DNA from: a virus
Taxonomy: Duplodnaviria; Caudoviricetes
DNA length: 64,000 nucleotides
Virus record (IMG/VR): IMGVR_UViG_3300020577_005315
Location: 29,521 to 93,520 of that record
Strand: one strand, 5' to 3'
Positions within the stretch are counted from its first letter, which is position 1. The number at the start of each line of letters is the position of its first letter. The translations under genes and the position numbers were made by a program. Shown here piece by piece: positions 1 to 9,832 of the stretch. Under the pieces are notes generated by a model. It did not search any database and was not told where the DNA came from. It saw only the letters and a program-made list of their open reading frames with translations.

Positions 1-170
1 CAACCTGGCGCAACCGTCCACTGGGAGTAGCCGACACGCCCGGCAACACCCCGGCCAACGCCCCGCAGTCGGGTATGCCGTCCAAGATCGAAATGAGTGG
101 TATCCTGACCGTTGACATCGTAAAGGGTCAAGGCGCTCTGAGTGGCGAAGGCGCAGTTCCTAAGAAGTAA
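1..170 (+). CDS. 3' end of an upstream gene (partial), probably a virion/tail protein
   Basis: Frame open from position 3 (...MPSKIEMSGILTVDIVKGQGALSGEGAVPKK) to TAA at 168-170, 5 nt before the next ATG; tail-gene context. Confidence 0.55.
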   Translation, partial: TWRNRPLGVADTPGNTPANAPQSGMPSKIEMSGILTVDIVKGQGALSGEGAVPKK

Positions 171-175
171 CTACC

Positions 176-691
176 ATGTACGTGTTCGGTTCTTCCGCCG
201 GGATCGTGTCTGCCACCCTCACGGGCGGGGCCATACCGTTCTCCATCGGCATTAGCGGCAACGTCAACGCCCCCGAGTTCCCATCTTACACGCTGTCCAA
301 GGCGATCCTGACCGGCCTCCAGTACGGCGGCCGGGCTGGGTTGGGTGTTAGTCACACCCTCCGCGACCGTGTGTACCTGTACGTGTTCGGCGACAGGGTT
401 GGTAAGATCGAGATGAGCGGTTACGCGTTCGCCGAGATCTGCAACGGCGCGTCGGACGCCAACTACACTGGGTTCGACGCGGTCAACGCGTACTACGAGA
501 AGGCCCGTGTAACGGCGCAGGGTCTGCCGGTGACTCTGGTGATCGGACGGTCTACGACGTTCGTCGGGTTCATGACCGACTTCGTGTTCGGTATAGAGGA
601 CGCCTCCACAGGGTTAGGGTCGTTCAAGTTCGGATTTACGTCGCTGCCGCGGAACGCGTTCGGCCAGGTGCCGCGGCTGCCTTGGGAATAA
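176..691 (+). CDS. putative tail tube-like / baseplate-associated virion protein
   Basis: 171 aa, beta-rich (VYLYVFGDRVGKIEMSG), directly upstream of baseplate genes; function inferred from context. Confidence 0.45.
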   Translation: MYVFGSSAGIVSATLTGGAIPFSIGISGNVNAPEFPSYTLSKAILTGLQYGGRAGLGVSHTLRDRVYLYVFGDRVGKIEMSGYAFAEICNGASDANYTGFDAVNAYYEKARVTAQGLPVTLVIGRSTTFVGFMTDFVFGIEDASTGLGSFKFGFTSLPRNAFGQVPRLPWE

Positions 692-692
692 C

Positions 693-1175
693 ATGGTCAA
701 CCACTTTCGCACGTTGTTACTGAACCTGTCCCCGACCCCAACTCCTGGGCCGGGTGAAGAATACATTCCCACCACGTTCGTTCCCTTGCCGCTCCCACAA
801 CCACTGGCCGACGTAAGAACCCTACTCCTGACCCCTACCACAGACCGGGACACCCTCAACGTCCAGATCGCCCGCCTCCTGGCTTACGTACACACATCGT
901 CGCTTCGACAATACGTGACGCAGTTCGACGGTCGGACGACGTACGATCCGTTGGCCCCCGCCGACACGGTCGTCAATCTGATCTCTCCGCCGCCTGGGTC
1001 GTTCGCGGACGCGGCGAGTAAGACGGTGGATGAACGGGTCGTGTTCCGGCCGGCCGGCGACGAGGCCGATAGGGCGTACTACTACGTCTGGAGCAACCTA
1101 TACCCTGACCCGCTACGCGCGTGCGCACTGGCACTGGCCTTGGTCGCCCGCATCGAAGAGCTTCGAACGCACTAA
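693..1175 (+). CDS. hypothetical protein (virion module)
   Basis: 160 aa ORF tightly packed between its neighbours. Confidence 0.6.
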   Translation: MVNHFRTLLLNLSPTPTPGPGEEYIPTTFVPLPLPQPLADVRTLLLTPTTDRDTLNVQIARLLAYVHTSSLRQYVTQFDGRTTYDPLAPADTVVNLISPPPGSFADAASKTVDERVVFRPAGDEADRAYYYVWSNLYPDPLRACALALALVARIEELRTH

Positions 1176-1184
1176 GGAGAGTCG

Positions 1185-3218
1185 ATGGCAGGTGAGTGGG
1201 CACGCGTATCGAAACTGTTTGCGTTCGTCGGCATCCGACGTGACGACCTGGATCCTATACTGGGTCCGTCGATCGTCAACAAGTTCCGGCCGCTGCTGGA
1301 CGCGTACACGATCCGAGAGCCCCTACACGTCAGCCTGAAGGACGCTAAGTACACGCCGGCCAACGCCCCGTACATTCTAGTCCTGGACGTACGCCGGTTT
1401 GAGATCAACGCTGCCCTGAATGGGATCCCACGCGCCACCTGTATGATGGCGATTGGTAGGGACGGCCAGCGTTTGGTCGACGCCGCCAACGCGGCTAACA
1501 CCACCCTCGCCCCGATTCACGTTCTTGATCAGTATCTGGGTAAGTTCGTCACTGCCCGCGTGTACTTCAACGAGCAGCAGACGTACACGGCCGGAACCGT
1601 TGACGGGGGCGATAACGGTGGGCGTGACAACAGTGACTGGGTCGTCCTGTTCGAAGGCGTAACGGCCGCACCCACGTGGCGATTCAACGACCAGGACGCG
1701 GGTCTCGTTCTTCACCTAGCCCACTTCACTTCGCAACTTACGTACTCGTCGTCGCTGTCCGGGTCAGTGGCGTCCGGGTCTGCCACTCCCGCGTCGTTCC
1801 AGATCGCTACCTTCCCGCAGGCCGTTGCCGGCGCAGGTTTACCGTTCACGCCTCAAGGCGCCGTAGCTGCGTCCTTGGCAGGCGGTCCCGCTGCACAGAA
1901 CGACTTCTGGGGATACAACTTGCCGACCGGTCCTGGGGCTAAGTACCCGGCCGTCGGTTTGAAGGGCTTCCTAAACAATCTAGCGAACACTGACCAGTTC
2001 CAGTGGAGCGCGTTCGCAGTCGCTGACGGCGCTCAATCTTCGACCTGTATCGTGCCGCAGGGCGGACTGTTAAAGAACAACCGCGCCCTCAGCGCCCTCG
2101 CCAAGATCGAGCCGTACAGGTTCGGTACGCTGGGTTACGCCGAAGCCGTCGCCGCATGGAATAAATTGGCGACCCTGTACACGCCGAACCAGGACGGCAG
2201 CGGTATCGACAGGTCGTCGTTGGCGAAAGTGCCTGAGTACGCCACCCTCGGCTACCAGTACGCCGTCCCGCTGCCGTTCTACCTGAACGACACGGTGCTG
2301 GGGGCGACCAGTATCGGAAAGGGGTTTGCAGGCGATATCGCTGGGGCCACGTTCCAGCAGCTGACGTCGGCGTCGTTCTGGGAGCTCCTGACGGGTCGAT
2401 ACGCCAGTCGGTACCAGTTGGCGTTCGTGCCTACGGCTGAGGGCGGAGCCGTCATCCCCGCCCAGCCCTTACTCAGTAAGTCGTGGCAGACCATCTACGA
2501 GAGTGAGATTTCGTCCTGGGACGACGACATGGGTAGTCCCGTGCCTGTGCGGGGCGTCATGCTCACGTGCGACCGGGTGTCTACAGCGGGGGCGTTCAAC
2601 GCCGGTTACCAGCCTATTTGCGCTGTGTACGACAGCTGCGAAGACGGCGTTCTGGTAACCAAGATGCTGCCGGAGTGGTTGTGGTCAGCGTACCGCGGCG
2701 TTGGCGCTGGTATTGCTCCCGAACGACCCAAGATGATGGCTTCCGCCCCCAGCGCCTTGGCCGCCGTCGTGGGCACGGCTGGCGCTGTCGGTAAGACCGA
2801 CCCGTCCGATATTCAACGATCCACTGCCAATCGGCTAGCCAAGGCGTACTGGCAGCAGGAGCGTCTGCGCTACCGGTCGCTGATGGTGGCCTGTAGACTT
2901 CGGTACGACATTGCCCCTGGGTCGGTGATCTCGTGCGAGCTACCGTGCGACCGATACGTTCGCCAGACCAACGTCCGGGACAACAAGTCGTCTCTGGTAT
3001 CCGGGATGGTGCTCAACATGACCATCTCCGTAGACTGTGAGGGCGAGACGGCGTCCACCAACTTCATGATCGGTTTCCCGCGGACGGAGGCCGAGACGAA
3101 GAAGACCAACAAACTGTTCGCGAACTCGCACCCCTTCTGGCGGACCGTGTGTTATGGCTTACCCTGGGCAGACTCCACCGGGATTAGAAACAAACTTGGG
3201 CCCAACGCGACTCTCTAA
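1185..3218 (+). CDS. putative baseplate hub / tail protein
   Basis: 677 aa, SD AAGGAG; C-terminal RYDIAPGSVI resembles hub (GpD/gp27-like) beta-barrel ends; upstream of gp25 and baseplate J. Confidence 0.45.
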   Translation: MAGEWARVSKLFAFVGIRRDDLDPILGPSIVNKFRPLLDAYTIREPLHVSLKDAKYTPANAPYILVLDVRRFEINAALNGIPRATCMMAIGRDGQRLVDAANAANTTLAPIHVLDQYLGKFVTARVYFNEQQTYTAGTVDGGDNGGRDNSDWVVLFEGVTAAPTWRFNDQDAGLVLHLAHFTSQLTYSSSLSGSVASGSATPASFQIATFPQAVAGAGLPFTPQGAVAASLAGGPAAQNDFWGYNLPTGPGAKYPAVGLKGFLNNLANTDQFQWSAFAVADGAQSSTCIVPQGGLLKNNRALSALAKIEPYRFGTLGYAEAVAAWNKLATLYTPNQDGSGIDRSSLAKVPEYATLGYQYAVPLPFYLNDTVLGATSIGKGFAGDIAGATFQQLTSASFWELLTGRYASRYQLAFVPTAEGGAVIPAQPLLSKSWQTIYESEISSWDDDMGSPVPVRGVMLTCDRVSTAGAFNAGYQPICAVYDSCEDGVLVTKMLPEWLWSAYRGVGAGIAPERPKMMASAPSALAAVVGTAGAVGKTDPSDIQRSTANRLAKAYWQQERLRYRSLMVACRLRYDIAPGSVISCELPCDRYVRQTNVRDNKSSLVSGMVLNMTISVDCEGETASTNFMIGFPRTEAETKKTNKLFANSHPFWRTVCYGLPWADSTGIRNKLGPNATL

Positions 3219-3981
3219 GAGCGACGAGGCGCCCCAGTCCCTGTGGTCCACTCCCGTCAATAACAGCCTGCTGGAGCCGGAGTACTCCGGCGTCTACAAG
3301 GCGTATCAGCAGGCCCCTAACCCACAGAATACGGCGTCACTCCTCAAAGCCGTCCACCCCGTCATCGACGAGGCGTTGCGGTCGTACGCCGGCAGCGAGG
3401 CCAACACGGCCACCGCCAGGGCCAGGGCCAAGATTCTGACCCTGGAAGCCGTACAGCGATACAGCCCCGACAAGGCCAAGCTGCGGACTCACCTGCTCAG
3501 CCACTTACGCGGTCTACGCCGCATGACGGAGCGTTCTACGTCCGGCGTTTATGTACCCGAGCAGTGGCGACTTGATGCCCAGAAGATCGAGCTGGCCCAC
3601 AACGACGCCCGTGATGAACTGGGCCGTGACCCGTCCGACGCGGAACTCACGGAACGCACCGGGATCCCCCTTGAGCGTATTCGTCGGGCTAGGGCCGTTC
3701 CCGGCGTACTGGCGTCGAGCCAACTCGAAGGGACGATGGAGAACCCCGACCCCGACCACAAGGCGTGGGAGCGGTGGGTCGACGGCATCTACCATGACCT
3801 TGACCCCGTAGATCAGATTATCCTAGAACACTCTACAGGGCTTCATGGCAAGGAGGTCCTGCCCGCTACCGTACTTGCCCAGAAGATCAACTTGTCCCCT
3901 GGCTCCGTGAGCCAGAGAAAAGCTCGTATCCAAACGATGCTGGACCAGTATTCGAAGTTCATGAAGGGACGGAGTGGGTAA
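3154..3981 (+). CDS. phage-encoded sigma-70 family factor (FliA/WhiG-like); start uncertain
   Basis: Region 2-like EAVQRYSPDKAKLRTHL, region 3 ELGRDPSDAELTERTGIPLERIRR, region 4 HTH LAQKINLSPGSVSQRKARI. Confidence 0.8.
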   Translation: MAYPGQTPPGLETNLGPTRLSKSDEAPQSLWSTPVNNSLLEPEYSGVYKAYQQAPNPQNTASLLKAVHPVIDEALRSYAGSEANTATARARAKILTLEAVQRYSPDKAKLRTHLLSHLRGLRRMTERSTSGVYVPEQWRLDAQKIELAHNDARDELGRDPSDAELTERTGIPLERIRRARAVPGVLASSQLEGTMENPDPDHKAWERWVDGIYHDLDPVDQIILEHSTGLHGKEVLPATVLAQKINLSPGSVSQRKARIQTMLDQYSKFMKGRSG

Positions 3982-4730
3982 TGGGACTGTTTGACAGACT
4001 CTTCGGTCCGGCTCGTGACAACGAAGAGAGGGCCAAGTTCCTAGCTGACATCACTAAGGCGACCGAGCACCGGCGTAAGGCCGACGACGCTAGGACTGCT
4101 TTCCTCGAAGCCGTCGAGGAGTCGCGGGTAGTCGAGAACGATAAGACGTCGCCACAGGCCGTGATGGACGAGAAGGTGTTCCCTAACCAGGACATCGATC
4201 GCGACATCATCGTCGACAGTCGAGAGTTTCGCGTCACGGTGTTCCTGGATGATGGGGACGGCAAACAGGTCAGTCGGGTGGTTAAGGGTAAGGCCGAGGT
4301 AGACCGTCTGATCCGACAGTGCGTCCAGAACGGCGTGAGCTACACCGAAGACGGCGTGACCCACACCGTCGCCGCTCGCCGCGTGCACAAGGTGACCCAT
4401 CGTCAACTGTTGGGGCCTTGTACCTCCACGCCATGCGCTCCGCCGTGTCCTGTCGACACGATGGCTAAGCTCTTGAACGACGCCATCAAGGTCAACCGTG
4501 AGTTGGTCGACGAACTGATTGAGACGCGGGTCGACACAAACGGCGTGCCCGACGATCGTCTACCCGACTTCGTGTACGCCGAGCAGGACGGCAAGATTCA
4601 GGTCGGGCTCTTGGGCGTCCTCAACGGCTTTGCCGCCCTGTACGGCAAGGTGCTGGTCGCTGTGACCCGCGACGCGGAGCCTACCAGCCTTCTGTACGTC
4701 GAAGTCCGGCCCAAGATTGGTGGTGTTTAA
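3981..4730 (+). CDS. hypothetical protein
   Basis: 249 aa ORF with TAATG overlaps at both ends. Confidence 0.65.
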   Translation: MGLFDRLFGPARDNEERAKFLADITKATEHRRKADDARTAFLEAVEESRVVENDKTSPQAVMDEKVFPNQDIDRDIIVDSREFRVTVFLDDGDGKQVSRVVKGKAEVDRLIRQCVQNGVSYTEDGVTHTVAARRVHKVTHRQLLGPCTSTPCAPPCPVDTMAKLLNDAIKVNRELVDELIETRVDTNGVPDDRLPDFVYAEQDGKIQVGLLGVLNGFAALYGKVLVAVTRDAEPTSLLYVEVRPKIGGV

Positions 4731-4912
4731 TGAGCGAGCAGACCGAGTTTGAGAAGTTGGACGCCGAAGAGGCCAAGAAGCGCGAGAACCTCCGACCTAT
4801 GACGATCGGCCAGGTGGTAGGTCGAACGGTCTACACAGGCCGCAACGAACGCTGTCCGTGCGGCAGCGGCCTGAAGTATAAGAAGTGCCACCGCGTCTAC
4901 CAGATGGGGTAA
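4730..4912 (+). CDS. SEC-C metal-binding motif small protein
   Basis: GRNERCPCGSGLKYKKCH is a canonical SEC-C motif. Confidence 0.9.
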   Translation: MSEQTEFEKLDAEEAKKRENLRPMTIGQVVGRTVYTGRNERCPCGSGLKYKKCHRVYQMG

Positions 4913-4915
4913 GCG

Positions 4916-5371
4916 ATGCCTACGCCGCAGTTCTACACCTTCATCCAGGACCTCCAGAAGATCGCCGCCGCCCAGGGCGTCGCTGCGGCCGCCCCGGGTG
5001 TTGCTCGTCCTAAGTGGGCCGTCCCCAGTACTTTCACTCTCGGCCTGGACGTTCAGAGTCCGCTCGCCTGGCGTGCTGCCTGTGATAGGACGTCCCTCAA
5101 CAACTACTGTCTCCAACAGTATCGTACCGGCGCTACCCCTAACGCCGGACGCATCGGCAACGTCATGGCCGCTAAGCAGGCGCTGGATCGTATGGCCACG
5201 TTTGAACGCGCCGCGCACGCCCGGTATGCTTCTAGTATTCGGTGCCGCACCTGGGCCGGGGCGCGTAGGTCTGGTCACGGCGACGCATATTACGGCGTGC
5301 ATAGCTCCGTGAAGAACTCCGTGGACGCACTGCTCAACGCGTCTACCGACAACAACTCCCCCCTAATCTAA
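4916..5371 (+). CDS. hypothetical protein (virion module)
   Basis: 151 aa ORF translationally coupled to the gp25-like gene. Confidence 0.6.
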   Translation: MPTPQFYTFIQDLQKIAAAQGVAAAAPGVARPKWAVPSTFTLGLDVQSPLAWRAACDRTSLNNYCLQQYRTGATPNAGRIGNVMAAKQALDRMATFERAAHARYASSIRCRTWAGARRSGHGDAYYGVHSSVKNSVDALLNASTDNNSPLI

Positions 5372-5781
5372 TGTATGATCTACGCCTGTTCGACGCAGTC
5401 GGTCCGACGCTCGACACGACCAACTTCAAGCCGGCGTCTACTGCCGGTGCGGATAAGGTCGCTAACCGCGTCGTGTACGCACTGATGACCCCCCTGGGTA
5501 GCGTACCTGGAGCTCCCACCTTCGGATCGCATTTCAGTACCCTAGTACAAGGGTTCAAGTCTGAGCACGACATTTACGTCGCGTTTGCGACGGTAAAGGG
5601 TGACGTCGTCAGTTCAGTCCTCAGCAGTGAGGCAGACTCGGAGCCTGACTCCGAAAAACTAAGCGACGCGCGCGTATCGAGCGTGTCGTTCACCGGCGAT
5701 CTTGTTACCATCTACCTGGACGTCGTGTCGGTGGACGGGTCTAAGCCGATCGAAGCCCCATTCATTCAGATTGAGACGTAA
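5371..5781 (+). CDS. baseplate wedge protein, gp25/GpW-like
   Basis: 136 aa; LMTPLGSVPGAPTFGS matches the gp25 motif (L.T..G.....P.FG); precedes baseplate J. Confidence 0.75.
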   Translation: MYDLRLFDAVGPTLDTTNFKPASTAGADKVANRVVYALMTPLGSVPGAPTFGSHFSTLVQGFKSEHDIYVAFATVKGDVVSSVLSSEADSEPDSEKLSDARVSSVSFTGDLVTIYLDVVSVDGSKPIEAPFIQIET

Positions 5782-5783
5782 CA

Positions 5784-7400
5784 ATGGTGACGGCGGCCGA
5801 CTTGGCTGGGGCGACTGCTTCCGACGTGGCTAGCGCCAGGACGGCGCTTTCATCGTTCCTACAGGCCAAGTTCCCCAGCCTGTCCCTGTCCACATCGCAA
5901 CTCGCCGACCTGGTACTGAGTCCAGCCGCCGTGGCACTAGCGGCCGTCGACGCGTACGGTGAGTCTGTGGCTGCCGCTCTGAACCCGGAAACGGCCCTGA
6001 CTACGGGTGTGTACGATGAGGCCACCCTGACGTCCGTGTTAGCGGGACGTGGTGTTACGCGTAAGACGGCTACCACGGCTACTGGGTCTATCGGCTTGAA
6101 ATTCTCGACGGACGCGTACCACAACGTACCCGTAAACTGGACGGTTCAAACCGCCGACGGCGTACAGTTCAAGACGACGTCCACCGTATCGGTCATCCCC
6201 AGCGCGTCTACGCCCACGTCGAGCACGCAAGTTGCCGCCGTCGTGGATCCCACCGGTGGCTACATTGCCGTCATTCCGGCCACTGCCGTCGTCGCCGGCG
6301 CGTCTGGCAACGTGCTGGCCGGCACGACGCTGACGACGGTCACGTCCGACGTCGACGGCACACTAACCAGTGTGTGGACGACCACGTCGTTCACAGGAGG
6401 CGCGGACCTGGAGAGCGACGCCGCCCTTCTCCTCCGCCTCCCGGCTGCTACGGCGCCGAGAACTAATGGGTCGGCTAACGGCGCTACCGGTGTGCTGTTG
6501 AACGCGGTACCCGCGGCGTCGGCTGTGACGTCGATCGGGTTCGGGGACGCGGCTCTGGTCCGGGGTCGGTCGCTCCTGGCGTCGCAGTCGCCGGGCCGCC
6601 AAGACGTGTGGTTCCGTACCAGCTCCGTACCCAGTCGCAACACCGTCGACGTCACGGCTACTTTCATCGGCACGTCAGGGCCCAGCGGTATTTGGCGTTT
6701 TACTATCCCGGTAGGGTCAGCCGCCGGCTTGTACGCCGTGGAGAAGGTGGTCCGCGCTGGGACGGCGATCACGGCGACAGGATACGTACCGACTACAGTG
6801 ACGTTCGGTTTTGACCTATCGCAGGACTCCGCCCCACCGGACGTGCGGTCCGTCAGCGACGCGGCGATGTCTGCGTACACCACCGCAACCGTTACGTTCA
6901 CTGACACAGACACGTCTACGGTTGGTCTGGTAACTAACACCAGCACCAAAGCATACACCGCCGTCGTACGCCAAGTCCCCAGCGTCGCAGCTGCCCAAAC
7001 CGCTGCGTCTGACGCTGCCGTACGCGTAGCAGGCGGCGACTGCCTGACGCGTGGCGCCCTGGTCGCGTCAGTCACTGTGACGGCCAGCTTCACGCCGGCT
7101 ACCGGTGTGACGGTCACGAACTCTCAGGTCCAGTCCGCCCTAGCCGCTGCGGTCAACGCGACCGGAATTAGTAACACCCTCTCCGTTCCAGCCGTCACGG
7201 CCGACGCAGTCTCGCGACTCCCCGCCGGCACATCACTGACGCTCAGCAACTGGGCGGCCACACTCTACCCGGCCGACAATGATTCGAACGTCACCGCCAC
7301 CGGAACCACGGCGGTGACGTTCGCGACCAACTACGCCAGGAACATCGGCCCCAGGACGGTGGCGTTTTACCTTGACCCGACCAACGTAACGATCAGCTAG
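5784..7400 (+). CDS. baseplate J-like wedge protein
   Basis: AVVAGASGNV and FTGGADLESDAALLLRL motifs typical of the Baseplate_J family; Thr/Ala-rich. Confidence 0.8.
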   Translation: MVTAADLAGATASDVASARTALSSFLQAKFPSLSLSTSQLADLVLSPAAVALAAVDAYGESVAAALNPETALTTGVYDEATLTSVLAGRGVTRKTATTATGSIGLKFSTDAYHNVPVNWTVQTADGVQFKTTSTVSVIPSASTPTSSTQVAAVVDPTGGYIAVIPATAVVAGASGNVLAGTTLTTVTSDVDGTLTSVWTTTSFTGGADLESDAALLLRLPAATAPRTNGSANGATGVLLNAVPAASAVTSIGFGDAALVRGRSLLASQSPGRQDVWFRTSSVPSRNTVDVTATFIGTSGPSGIWRFTIPVGSAAGLYAVEKVVRAGTAITATGYVPTTVTFGFDLSQDSAPPDVRSVSDAAMSAYTTATVTFTDTDTSTVGLVTNTSTKAYTAVVRQVPSVAAAQTAASDAAVRVAGGDCLTRGALVASVTVTASFTPATGVTVTNSQVQSALAAAVNATGISNTLSVPAVTADAVSRLPAGTSLTLSNWAATLYPADNDSNVTATGTTAVTFATNYARNIGPRTVAFYLDPTNVTIS

Positions 7401-7408
7401 GGGCTCTC

Positions 7409-8176
7409 ATGACGTCCATTGACGCCGTGACGGTGAGTGTCAACTGCGGCGACTTCCTGACCGAGACGGTCAAATGGAATCGACAGCACTTCAATAAGTG
7501 GGTCATAGTGACGACTCCCGACGACAAAGAGACGCGCGAGGTGTGCCGTCGGTACAACCTCACATGCCTCGTCACGGAAGACGACAAACGGGACGGCGAC
7601 TTCTCCAAGGGCCGCCTGGTTGAACGCGGCCTCCAACAGCTCTCTGCCAAGTCCTGGATCCTTCACATCGACTCGGACGTTGTACTCCCCCTGTCGTTCC
7701 GAGACGACCTGAAACGGGCCCACTTGGACCCGACGTTCATCTACGGCGTCGATCGGTACATGGTGAAGAGCTACGAGCAGTGGCAGAAGCTCGTCATGTC
7801 CGGCGTCCTCCACACGTCTCCGTACGGCTGTGCGCATAGTAATAGTCCGCCGGCCGGGGTAGAGCTCGGGTGCCGCTGGGCGGACCGCGACGGCTACGTG
7901 CCGATCGGGTTCTTTCAGCTGTGGCACCGGGACGAGGGCGGCGAGGAGTGGCGCGGCGTTCGCACTAAGCCGTACCCGCACCAGCACGGCAACGCGTGTC
8001 GGTCCGACGTCCAGCACGCCAAGCAGTGGGACCGGCGGAAGCGTGCGTTGATCCCTGAGCTGTTCGTCGCCCATCTGGAGAGCGAAGCCGTTCCGAACGG
8101 CAAGAACTGGAACGGGCGTAAGACGGCTCGTTTCGGCAACGGGCTGCTCACGTCTAAGCCTACCCACTACAACTAA
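7409..8176 (+). CDS. GT-A fold glycosyltransferase (GT2-like)
   Basis: N-terminal AVTVSVNCGDFL, FSKGRLVERGL, DxD motif WILHIDSDVVLP, GFFQLW. Confidence 0.7.
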   Translation: MTSIDAVTVSVNCGDFLTETVKWNRQHFNKWVIVTTPDDKETREVCRRYNLTCLVTEDDKRDGDFSKGRLVERGLQQLSAKSWILHIDSDVVLPLSFRDDLKRAHLDPTFIYGVDRYMVKSYEQWQKLVMSGVLHTSPYGCAHSNSPPAGVELGCRWADRDGYVPIGFFQLWHRDEGGEEWRGVRTKPYPHQHGNACRSDVQHAKQWDRRKRALIPELFVAHLESEAVPNGKNWNGRKTARFGNGLLTSKPTHYN

Positions 8177-8177
8177 C

Positions 8178-9341
8178 ATGACCCTCTCGACACCCACGAC
8201 CGCCGAGTTAGTCGGAGGTTTCTGGTCTGGAGCGTACGCGTCCGACGTGATCGACGCGTACGCCGCGGCCTGTGCCTACCTGACTGACCCCGTCACGGGC
8301 GTGTCTCAGAACACCAAACTGAAGCCGTGGGTGCTTCGGGCCGACCAAAGCGTGTCGCCAGGCTTGGACGGGCGGGCTACGGTGGGTTACCCGATCCCGG
8401 GGTCGGATTCTCCCGTCTGGGTCAGTACCGGCCTGTTTGGCGGCAAGCAGCTGGTCGCGGGTGTGGACTTCTCCGTCTCGGACAACTACGTGTGGTTTGA
8501 GACGGACCCTATTAAGACTGCGGCTGTGCGTAGGCTGGACTGGTCGACGGGCAGTCCCGTACTGACGGCCAGCATTTGGTACGGTATCAAATCCACGGAC
8601 GTTGTCGTCGATAACTCAGTAGACGGTACTCTCGTCAGTCTGACCAACACGCTGGCAGTCGTCTGCGACTCGCCCGGCACGGGTATTACCGTTGAGACGG
8701 TTCAGGATGTCTGGACCAACGCGGTCGGGTCGAAGAAGGTGATTACGGACAAGGGTGCGTACAACCTGCACCCGAACGACGTCCCGTCCGTCGCAGTGGG
8801 TCAGACTCTCCCGCCCGGTTCGCCTCTGGGCAGCGCCTGGCAACTCACGCGGTTAGGTCCGAACTGTAACCTGCCCTACGTGACGACGCCTTCATACTTC
8901 CACGTCGGTATCACGTCCGGTAACATCACGTGGTGGAACACATCAGTCCCTACCGTAATCGATACAGTGAGCGGGCGTACACGTCTGCGCTTCAAGTTGG
9001 GCGGGACTACGGGCGACTTGACTGCGTTCTGGGCCGACTCCCACGCACGAGGCGTCGCGTCCGGTAAGACGCTGGCCCAATGTCTCGACACACGTCCGAC
9101 GCCCACAGGCGATCCCTTAGCAGCCGACCTCCCCACGACCGTCAACCCGATGCGCCTCCTGTGTCAGGAACTGATCGGCGGGTGCGGATTCCAACTCTTG
9201 ATCAAGTCTGCGTGCCTGGGGCCCAAGGCGGTCCTGACGGCCAACCGCAACAAGGCCGTGTGTAAGGCCGCCGGCCCTTACACCGCCGTCTTCGAGTTCA
9301 TCGACACCATCCCTTCTATCGCCGCGTTGGACCCTCCTTGA
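8178..9341 (+). CDS. putative baseplate/tail structural protein
   Basis: 387 aa, Thr/Gly/Val-rich like the baseplate J gene; context. Confidence 0.45.
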   Translation: MTLSTPTTAELVGGFWSGAYASDVIDAYAAACAYLTDPVTGVSQNTKLKPWVLRADQSVSPGLDGRATVGYPIPGSDSPVWVSTGLFGGKQLVAGVDFSVSDNYVWFETDPIKTAAVRRLDWSTGSPVLTASIWYGIKSTDVVVDNSVDGTLVSLTNTLAVVCDSPGTGITVETVQDVWTNAVGSKKVITDKGAYNLHPNDVPSVAVGQTLPPGSPLGSAWQLTRLGPNCNLPYVTTPSYFHVGITSGNITWWNTSVPTVIDTVSGRTRLRFKLGGTTGDLTAFWADSHARGVASGKTLAQCLDTRPTPTGDPLAADLPTTVNPMRLLCQELIGGCGFQLLIKSACLGPKAVLTANRNKAVCKAAGPYTAVFEFIDTIPSIAALDPP

Positions 9342-9556
9342 ACGTCGAGCAGCTAATCGCCCAGCAGATCAGCCGCAAAATAAAAAACGCGTCCGTCACC
9401 GTAACTCGGGTTGGTCCCCACTTCGAGGTTACGGTAAAGTCGGACCTGTTCCTGGGCCTCCCTCCCATCGAACGACAGCAGCGTGTCTACCTGGCCCTCG
9501 ACCGCGTCCCGGTCGAGGTGTTGGCCCGCGTCTGCGCCATAAACTGCATCGAGTAA
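9338..9556 (+). CDS. bolA: BolA/IbaG-like protein
   Basis: HFEVTVKSDLFLGLPPIERQQRVYLAL matches the BolA signature HF.v.vvS..F.G.....RqqxVY.AL; TTG start overlapping the upstream stop. Confidence 0.7.
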   Translation: MNVEQLIAQQISRKIKNASVTVTRVGPHFEVTVKSDLFLGLPPIERQQRVYLALDRVPVEVLARVCAINCIE

Positions 9557-9567
9557 GAGGACAAGTC

Positions 9568-9831
9568 GTGGCTGTCTTGGATAATGAAACCGTCAGCGGT
9601 AGTGGCAGCACAAGCGGCCCTACCGACTGTCGTAGCTACATGCCGCCTACTAACTGGCGGCAGACGCCTAACTTCCTACCAGGTAGCGTCGTTGGTAGCG
9701 GAACTATCGGGCTGGGCGGATCGGTGACCGGTACCTGGATTTGGGTGGTTACCGACGTCTGTCCTGTGTTCGGTACGGTCGATGTCGTTGTGGTGTCGCC
9801 TCCCCCACCCGCCCCGTCGCCCCCGGTGTAA
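9568..9831 (+). CDS. small hypothetical protein
   Basis: 87 aa, SD GAGGA before GTG, Pro-rich C-terminus. Confidence 0.55.
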   Translation: MAVLDNETVSGSGSTSGPTDCRSYMPPTNWRQTPNFLPGSVVGSGTIGLGGSVTGTWIWVVTDVCPVFGTVDVVVVSPPPPAPSPPV

Positions 9832-9832
9832 C

